Shown here: piece by piece, positions 58,227 through 64,000 of the stretch
Layout: every line of letters starts with the position of its first letter
Numbering within the stretch: the stretch's first letter is position 1
Notes under the pieces: generated by a model
What the model saw: the letters and a program-made list of their open reading frames with translations, nothing else
Told to the model about the DNA's origin: nothing
Database searches by the model: none
Program-made: the position numbers and the translations under genes
Assembly (NCBI GenBank): GCA_943359345.1
Contig: CALRHE010000003.1
Location: forward strand, 82-64,081
Reading direction: 5' to 3'
DNA from: Candidatus Uhrbacteria bacterium
GTDB taxonomy: Bacteria; Patescibacteriota; Patescibacteriia; UBA9934
Length of the DNA: 64,000 nucleotides

Positions 58227-59580
58227 TGTCTGCTAGGGCCTCTCCAAGATCATGGAGCCCAAGCACGAATTCAGGGACTACCTGTACATTTTCCCATTTG
58301 TAGCCGTAGCCAAGAAAAGCTGACTCACTCGTAATCAAGCGTAATTGGCCGTCTGAAATAACGTAAACGGCGGGTTCAGTCGCTGAACGTACTAGATAGC
58401 CGTCAGGTAGATTGAGGGGTGAGCTCTCGGCGTATTGTTCGACTTCAACTGGTTCAACAGGGGTGGGGATCACTCCTGGAAAACGGGCGTTTAAAATTGA
58501 GGTGTCAAAAATTGAGTGCCGTTCACCATCAATTACGTAAAACACGGTGTCGGAGTTCGGTAGCTTTAAGAGCTGGCCTTGTGGGTGTGAAGACTCAAGC
58601 GTGATAGGTTCGCCATCTGTGTAGCTCTCAGTGTCTTCACTGCTGACGCTAACGAGTTCATCTTCAGAAAAACCGATGGCTCGAAAAGCTTCCATTGAAG
58701 TGATGTGTCGCAAGCTATCGTCAACTAACAGTGAGATGCGGCCAGTCTCATCGCGCAACAGCGAATAGTTTGGGAAGCTGATCGGATTACCAATCGGGAA
58801 CTGTTCAAGCACGGTGGCGGAAACAGGAATAATCAAATCCGGGTTAAAGCGAGAAGCTAAAGCGCTGGCGCTTGTGATTGGTCTGCGATACCCATGTTCA
58901 ACCAGCCAAACACCATCTTCACCAACAGCTTGGAGCAATGATCCGGACGGATATTCACGTCCAAACCAACCGTTCCAAATATCTACAAAATTTTCATTGC
59001 CATGGAGATGCGGGGTGTAGGCGTACATGGCAGCTGTAGCCGCGTTTAAGGGCGTAACAAGCTCGCCGTCAATAGTGACGGTAATACCTGGTCCATATTT
59101 GCCAGCTGCAACACCGTAAAGATCGATGTCCTGAAGGTAACCCTCGCTGAATTGCAGCGGAGCTGAGTTGACTTGCTTACCAAAGCCCTTCCAACGTTCA
59201 ATGGCTGGATCGTCCATGCTGCAATCGTCGCAAACTGCATAACCGGTGGCCCAATCAAGTTGCTTTTGAGTGGGGTCTTCATCTTCAACCAGGCTTTGTT
59301 CTTTTTGTAGGAGCACCAGGATAAACTTAGGGTTGATACTGTGATCTTGGGCAGCTTTCCAGATGATGTAGGCCGCATCACGCATGCGCCCGGTGTGATC
59401 TTCGGCCCGATAATCAGCTAAATAGCCGCGCTCCAAAAATGCCTGAATTTGGTTTAGATCCATAGCCTGTGAATCCTGCAGCTCTTCATTTGAAAGAATG
59501 TAATCTGGATCAAAGGCCAGAACAGTCTGCAACGGCAGGAAAATCACAGCCAAGACCGCTAATTTAAGCACTAGTTTCAT
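58216..59580 (-). CDS. Secreted hypothetical protein with three C-terminal repeats of about 45 aa.
   Basis: A cleavable signal peptide (MKLVLKLAVLAVIFLPLQTVLA) and repeated G..R.I.S..AF...G motifs. Confidence 0.5.
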   Translation of the reverse strand: MKLVLKLAVLAVIFLPLQTVLAFDPDYILSNEELQDSQAMDLNQIQAFLERGYLADYRAEDHTGRMRDAAYIIWKAAQDHSINPKFILVLLQKEQSLVEDEDPTQKQLDWATGYAVCDDCSMDDPAIERWKGFGKQVNSAPLQFSEGYLQDIDLYGVAAGKYGPGITVTIDGELVTPLNAATAAMYAYTPHLHGNENFVDIWNGWFGREYPSGSLLQAVGEDGVWLVEHGYRRPITSASALASRFNPDLIIPVSATVLEQFPIGNPISFPNYSLLRDETGRISLLVDDSLRHITSMEAFRAIGFSEDELVSVSSEDTESYTDGEPITLESSHPQGQLLKLPNSDTVFYVIDGERHSIFDTSILNARFPGVIPTPVEPVEVEQYAESSPLNLPDGYLVRSATEPAVYVISDGQLRLITSESAFLGYGYKWENVQVVPEFVLGLHDLGEALADIAE

Positions 59581-59670
59581 ACTCAGCTAGTATACCAAGA
59601 TTTAGGCCTGGTGTTGATGGATCTTGTGATTTAAGCTATTCTGCAGACATTAATCGACGACAATATATTT

Positions 59671-60174
59671 ATGTTATCAATCGGATCAGAGGCTCCAGAG
59701 GTTTGTCAGGCTATTATAGAAGTCCCACGTGGTAGTCAGAATAAGTACGAATTCGATCACGAGCAGGGCGTGGTTAAGCTGGACCGTGTCTTATTTGCTC
59801 CGATGTTCTACCCTTGCGATTACGGTTTTTTTCCAGAAACTCTGGGTGGTGATGGCGATCCTCTCGACGTACTTGTTATGGTCACCAATCCTTTGTTTCC
59901 AGGCGTGGCTGTGGACGTGCGTCCAATTGGCGTGCTGGTCATGAGCGACGATAAAGGTCAGGACGAAAAGATTCTTGCCGTCGCCAAGGATGATCCACGC
60001 TTCAAGCACATCAACGATCTTGAAGATATTCCCGAACATACCCGTAACGAAATTGCATTCTTCTTTGAGACTTACAAAGTTCTAGAGAAGAAGGCCACAA
60101 AGATTGAGGGTTGGCAGGGTGCTAAGGAGGCTAAGCGCTTGATCGAAGAGGGAATCAAGAATGCAAAAAAGTAA
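59671..60174 (+). CDS. ppa: Inorganic pyrophosphatase (family I).
   Basis: EVPRGSQNKYEFD ... DGDPLDVLV signature. Confidence 0.9.
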   Translation: MLSIGSEAPEVCQAIIEVPRGSQNKYEFDHEQGVVKLDRVLFAPMFYPCDYGFFPETLGGDGDPLDVLVMVTNPLFPGVAVDVRPIGVLVMSDDKGQDEKILAVAKDDPRFKHINDLEDIPEHTRNEIAFFFETYKVLEKKATKIEGWQGAKEAKRLIEEGIKNAKK

Positions 60175-60182
60175 ATTGCCTC

Positions 60183-62813
60183 TTACTTCACTTTGATCTC
60201 GATCTCGTCCTTTTTTACATCAATTATAGCGGTTGCATCCTCTGGAACTTCACCTTTGATGATTTTCATCGCCAGAGCGTCGAGTATGTCTGTTTGAATT
60301 ACTCGTTTAAGAGGTCGCGCACCAAAACGTGGGTCGTAACCCTTCTTGGCGAGTAACTGCTTAGCTTTATCCGACACTTTGAGTGTCAAATTACGCTGTT
60401 CACGCAAACGTCCAGATACAAGTTTCAGCTGCAGCTCGACAATATCTTCGATCTGCTCAGACTTGAGCGGGTTAAAGACAATGATATCGTCGATACGGTT
60501 CAAGAACTCAGGCCGGAAATGATCGCGTAACATGTCATCGAGCTTCTCTTTGGTGATGACAGGGTCAGACTTGTCGCCTTGGTTAAAGCCGATGCCGCTA
60601 ATCTTGCCCTGCGACAAGATCATATCTGAACCGATGTTGCTAGTCATGATAATGATCGTGTTCTTGAAGTTGACAGTGCGACCCTTGGCATCGGTCAGGC
60701 GTCCGTCATCGAGAATTTGTAGCAACGAGTTGAAAACATCAGGATGTGCTTTTTCGATTTCATCAAAGAGCACCACCGCATAGGGGTGACGACGAATACG
60801 TTCGGTCAACTGACCGCCTTCGTCGTAGCCAATATAGCCCGGCGGGGAACCGATCATCTTGCTGACACTATGCTTTTCCATGTACTCGCTCATGTCCAGA
60901 CGAATCAGTGACTTTTCGTCGTTGAACATGAACTCAGCCAAGGCTTTGGCTAGTTCAGTTTTGCCCACGCCGGTTGGACCCATGAAGATAAATGAGCCGA
61001 TCGGCTTCTTGTCTTCGGAAATGCCAGCTCGTGAGCGTCGCAGCGCATTGCTGACGGCTCCGATAGCTTCGGCTTGACCAACCACACGTTGCTTGAGCTC
61101 GTCTTCCATACGCGCCAGTTTAGCCATCTCGCTTTCAAGCATTTTAGACACAGAAATATGTGTCCAACGTGAAACCACATCAGCGATGTCAGTTTCTGAA
61201 ATGACTTCTTTGAGTAAACCTCTTTCGGCCTGGAATTTCTTGAGCTCGTCTTCATATTTGGCCAGGGCGGTGCGCTGGCCTGGAATTTGCCCATAACGAA
61301 TTTCGGCCACGCGTTCAAGATTGCCACGTCGTTCTTCGTACTCTGCCTCGTTGTTAAATTTATCGATGTCGCTTTTAATCAACCTAATTTTACTGATCAG
61401 GTCTTTTTCGCCCTTCCAGCGCAGTTCAAGCTCACGTGTACGTTCATCAACATCAGCCAAGACTTTTTCGATCTCCTTGAGACGAGCTTTAGAAATTTTA
61501 TCGTCTTCCTTTAACAGGGCCTGCCTTTCAATTTGAAGTCTGGTTTGCTCGCGTTTGAGACGGTCGAGCTCTTCTGGCATTGAGTCAATTTGGAGACGTA
61601 GGGCCGAGGCGGCTTCGTCAATCAGATCGACAGCCTTATCTGGCAGCTGACGATCAGAGATATAGCGGAGCGATAGCTCGACAGCGGCGACGATGGCGTT
61701 ATCGCTAATGCGAACACCGTGATGGATTTCGTAACGTTCCTTGATACCGCGAAGCATGGCAATGGCATCGGTCGCATTTGGCTCCTCTACCAAGATCGGC
61801 TGGAAGCGACGTTCAAGCGCCTGATCTTTTTCGATGTATTTTTGATACTCTTTGGTCGTCGTAGCACCGATGACACGCAGTTCGCCACGTGCGAGAGCTG
61901 GTTTTAAAAGATTAGAAGCATCCATCGGCGATTCGTCACCCTTGCCAGCACCGACGAGCATGTGCAGCTCATCAATAAACAAAACATACTTGCCATCGGC
62001 TTGTTGGACCTCGCGAACAACAGCCTTGAGACGTTCCTCAAACTCACCGCGAAACTTTGTGCCGGCAATGAGAGCACCAAGATCAAGAGCCACGACTTCG
62101 CGGTTCTTCAAGGTTTCAGGTACGTCACCGGCTACAATCCGTTGAGCTAAGCCTTCTACGATCGAGGTTTTGCCCACGCCAGCCTCACCAATCAGTACTG
62201 GATTATTCTTGGTACGACGTGACAAGACTTGCATCACGCGTCGAATTTCCTCGTCACGACCAATTATCGGATCTAGTTTACCGTGACGAGCACGTTCGGT
62301 TAAGTTTGAGCTATATTTTTCTATAGCTTGGTACTTTGATTCTGGTTCCGGCGAGTCGACCTTTTGACTGCCACGTAAGTCCTTAAGCGCAGATACCACC
62401 GCAGCCTCGTCAATGTCATGAGACTTCAAGACATCGCTGAGTAACCGATCGGATAAGAGGCCTAGAAACAGGTGCTCAGTGGAGATATATTCATCACCAA
62501 AGCCGCGCGCCTTCTGCAGGGCAACCTGAAGTGCGTTGGCTAGGGTGGGTGTGAGCATAACTTGTCCCACGCCACCACGATCCAAGTTGGCCTGCCGGGG
62601 TAGGCTGTCCAGAATACGATCAAGATCACCGCGTAGCGCCGGTAAACTGACTTCGAGTTTTTTTAAAACAGACACTACAAAGCTATCTTCCTGACTGACG
62701 AGCGCAGTCAATAGGTGAATGGGCTCAACCCCTTGTTGTCCATTTTCATTGGCTAAGGCTTGGGCTCGTTGGATAGCTTCCTGAGATTTACTCGTGAAAT
62801 TATTGGGGATCAT
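60183..62813 (-). CDS. clpB: Chaperone disaggregase ClpB.
   Basis: 876 aa with two AAA+ modules ([16 protein letters not shown]), a long middle coiled coil and a Clp N-domain. Confidence 0.9.
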   Translation of the reverse strand: MIPNNFTSKSQEAIQRAQALANENGQQGVEPIHLLTALVSQEDSFVVSVLKKLEVSLPALRGDLDRILDSLPRQANLDRGGVGQVMLTPTLANALQVALQKARGFGDEYISTEHLFLGLLSDRLLSDVLKSHDIDEAAVVSALKDLRGSQKVDSPEPESKYQAIEKYSSNLTERARHGKLDPIIGRDEEIRRVMQVLSRRTKNNPVLIGEAGVGKTSIVEGLAQRIVAGDVPETLKNREVVALDLGALIAGTKFRGEFEERLKAVVREVQQADGKYVLFIDELHMLVGAGKGDESPMDASNLLKPALARGELRVIGATTTKEYQKYIEKDQALERRFQPILVEEPNATDAIAMLRGIKERYEIHHGVRISDNAIVAAVELSLRYISDRQLPDKAVDLIDEAASALRLQIDSMPEELDRLKREQTRLQIERQALLKEDDKISKARLKEIEKVLADVDERTRELELRWKGEKDLISKIRLIKSDIDKFNNEAEYEERRGNLERVAEIRYGQIPGQRTALAKYEDELKKFQAERGLLKEVISETDIADVVSRWTHISVSKMLESEMAKLARMEDELKQRVVGQAEAIGAVSNALRRSRAGISEDKKPIGSFIFMGPTGVGKTELAKALAEFMFNDEKSLIRLDMSEYMEKHSVSKMIGSPPGYIGYDEGGQLTERIRRHPYAVVLFDEIEKAHPDVFNSLLQILDDGRLTDAKGRTVNFKNTIIIMTSNIGSDMILSQGKISGIGFNQGDKSDPVITKEKLDDMLRDHFRPEFLNRIDDIIVFNPLKSEQIEDIVELQLKLVSGRLREQRNLTLKVSDKAKQLLAKKGYDPRFGARPLKRVIQTDILDALAMKIIKGEVPEDATAIIDVKKDEIEIKVK

Positions 62814-62873
62814 AGCTGGTGTTGAGGGTAGATAGTAGACGGTAGACAGTCGTGAATAGGCAATGAAGTTTAT

Positions 62874-62931
62874 CTAGCACTCTGAAGTATAGAGTGCTAA
62901 ATTAAGCACGTCAACCCTAGTTTAACACAGA
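62874..62931 (-). promoter_or_regulatory. Second CIRCE element (CTAGCACTC-N9-GAGTGCTAA) with an embedded promoter, read on the minus strand as TTGACG-17-TATACT, upstream of clpB.
   Basis: Canonical CIRCE inverted repeat at 62874-62900. On the minus strand the spacer carries TATACT, and TTGACG lies 17 nt upstream. Confidence 0.8.
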
Positions 62932-63009
62932 CGAATTTATTAAAAACAACGACGCCGCCCACGATTGCCAGCTGGCAGGTGTGGGCGGCGTTGAGCCTTA
63001 GGTCGCGAC

Positions 63010-63543
63010 CTAGGCGTAGGACAGGTCGGGGACTTCCATTGATTTGCTGACGTCGACGATGTCGGTGTGGTCGAGGTTGAGCATCATCGATCGCATGTAT
63101 GCGTTGGTCAAGACCGAGTGCGTCCGGTCAGAGTCGCAGGCCAGTGTCTGCACAGGCGCGTAGAGCTGTGGCAGCGGGTATGGGCGGAAGACGATGCCGT
63201 GAGGCTGAACGAATACCTTGGCCGCGCGCAGCTGCCGTGCGATCGCGTTGGTGAGCTTGTTCCAGACAGGGAAGAGGCTGATCTGGTAGAGCATCAGCCC
63301 TTCATGGCTGGGCAGCGGACCGTGAACGGCGATAGCCGGACCGGCCTGGTTGTGAGCCGTGGCTTCACGCACATCTGCGAGTTCGAACAGCTCTCCCACC
63401 ACCCCTGTCAATCCGTCCCGAGGTTCAAGGTGGCAGATCGGCAGGGACCAGTTCCAGGCCGGTCCATTGGGACTGGTAGAAAGCTGGGATAGCTCGCTGG
63501 CGAATGGGGTTTCTGGTGAAGCAAAACGGGCAACGATGATCAT
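63010..63543 (-). CDS. Hypothetical protein in a GC-rich island (about 60% GC).
   Basis: A CCAGGAG SD lies 5 nt upstream of the ATG on the minus strand. The overlapping plus-strand ORFs are mirror artefacts. Confidence 0.5.
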   Translation of the reverse strand: MIIVARFASPETPFASELSQLSTSPNGPAWNWSLPICHLEPRDGLTGVVGELFELADVREATAHNQAGPAIAVHGPLPSHEGLMLYQISLFPVWNKLTNAIARQLRAAKVFVQPHGIVFRPYPLPQLYAPVQTLACDSDRTHSVLTNAYMRSMMLNLDHTDIVDVSKSMEVPDLSYA

Positions 63544-63627
63544 GCGGACTCCTGGCTGTGGTTGAACAGCGAGCAGATATTAGCTGACTTTACGCCAAAA
63601 GTCAATCGGGCTATACTCTTGACCTGT

Positions 63628-64000
63628 ATGCCAAATTTTAAGCAGGCCGGGTTAAGCATCATTTTTATTCTGGTAGTTCATGTAGTTGCCATTGTGCTCG
63701 GTTGGTACGATGCCATGGAGTGGTTTGATATTCCCATGCATTTTGCTGGGGGTTTTGCCATCGCAATGTTAGCCTTGGCTAGCTGTCAGGCCAGCCTCCA
63801 AAAAATTACTTTCCAAAAAACATTAAAACCAATTTGGCGCGGCCTAGTGCCTTTGGTCGGAGTACTTGGCACGGTGGCTTTAGTCGGTGTAGCCTGGGAA
63901 TGGTACGAGTTTATTTTTGATAGCTTGATGGTCCAATTCAACGTCGGTGACTACCAGGCTCAAATGGGTTTAGGCGACACCTTGGCCGACCTGGCCCTTG
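63628..64000 (+). CDS. Hypothetical membrane protein. The 3' end lies outside the window.
   Basis: Several TM helices from MPNFKQAGLSIIFILVVHVVAIVLGW. The frame is open to the window edge. Confidence 0.45.
   Translation, partial: MPNFKQAGLSIIFILVVHVVAIVLGWYDAMEWFDIPMHFAGGFAIAMLALASCQASLQKITFQKTLKPIWRGLVPLVGVLGTVALVGVAWEWYEFIFDSLMVQFNVGDYQAQMGLGDTLADLAL

Overview
This 64-kb window reads like a chromosomal segment from a reduced-genome Gram-positive-type bacterium, probably a Candidate Phyla Radiation / Patescibacteria (Saccharibacteria-like) organism. Supporting signs (inference): about 50% GC, tight gene packing, many shortened core proteins, LGAGC lipoboxes, CIRCE/HrcA heat-shock control and several Shine-Dalgarno-less genes.

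Core content:
- class I ribonucleotide reductase nrdB-nrdA
- cell-wall genes (FtsI-like PBP, murF, murJ)
- hrcA-grpE-dnaK-dnaJ with a textbook CIRCE element
- cysS, dnaX, alaS
- the alpha ribosomal-protein operon (infA-rpmJ-rpsM-rpsK-rpsD-rpoA-rplQ) plus rplM-rpsI
- a surface-glycan cluster (Wzx-like flippase, GT4, two GT2, O-antigen-ligase-like)
- fmt-def-priA, era, rlmD, a TrmH-like methyltransferase, ppa, and clpB with a second CIRCE
- two tRNAs: Gln-CUG and Arg-CCG

Accessory and unusual content:
1. A decayed integrative element sits at the 3' end of tRNA-Gln. It has a duplicated 21-nt tRNA 3' end, a C-terminally truncated serine-recombinase gene beside a 26-bp recombination-site-like dyad, and a 568-aa cargo protein whose C-terminus looks like a caspase/CHAT (clan CD) protease. 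This is my best candidate for an undescribed conflict/defence module.
2. Three separate families of intergenic palindromic repeat elements occur in 2-3 copies each (REP/MITE-like).
3. Four single-gene islands are GC-rich (about 60% GC versus 50%), each with its own SD and terminator, suggesting recent acquisition from a high-GC donor.
4. A C-rich TCAACCCC repeat motif sits at four intercistronic junctions.
5. A membrane-anchored VirB4/VirD4-superfamily ATPase stands alone with a small translationally coupled partner.
6. A PriA homologue has lost the Walker A lysine and Walker B aspartate.
7. An RpoA lacks the alpha-CTD.
8. A roughly 290-nt intergenic region with promoter-like hexamers and UUCG/GNRA-capped hairpins may encode a structured ncRNA.

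All functional calls come from motif recognition by eye. No database searches were run.
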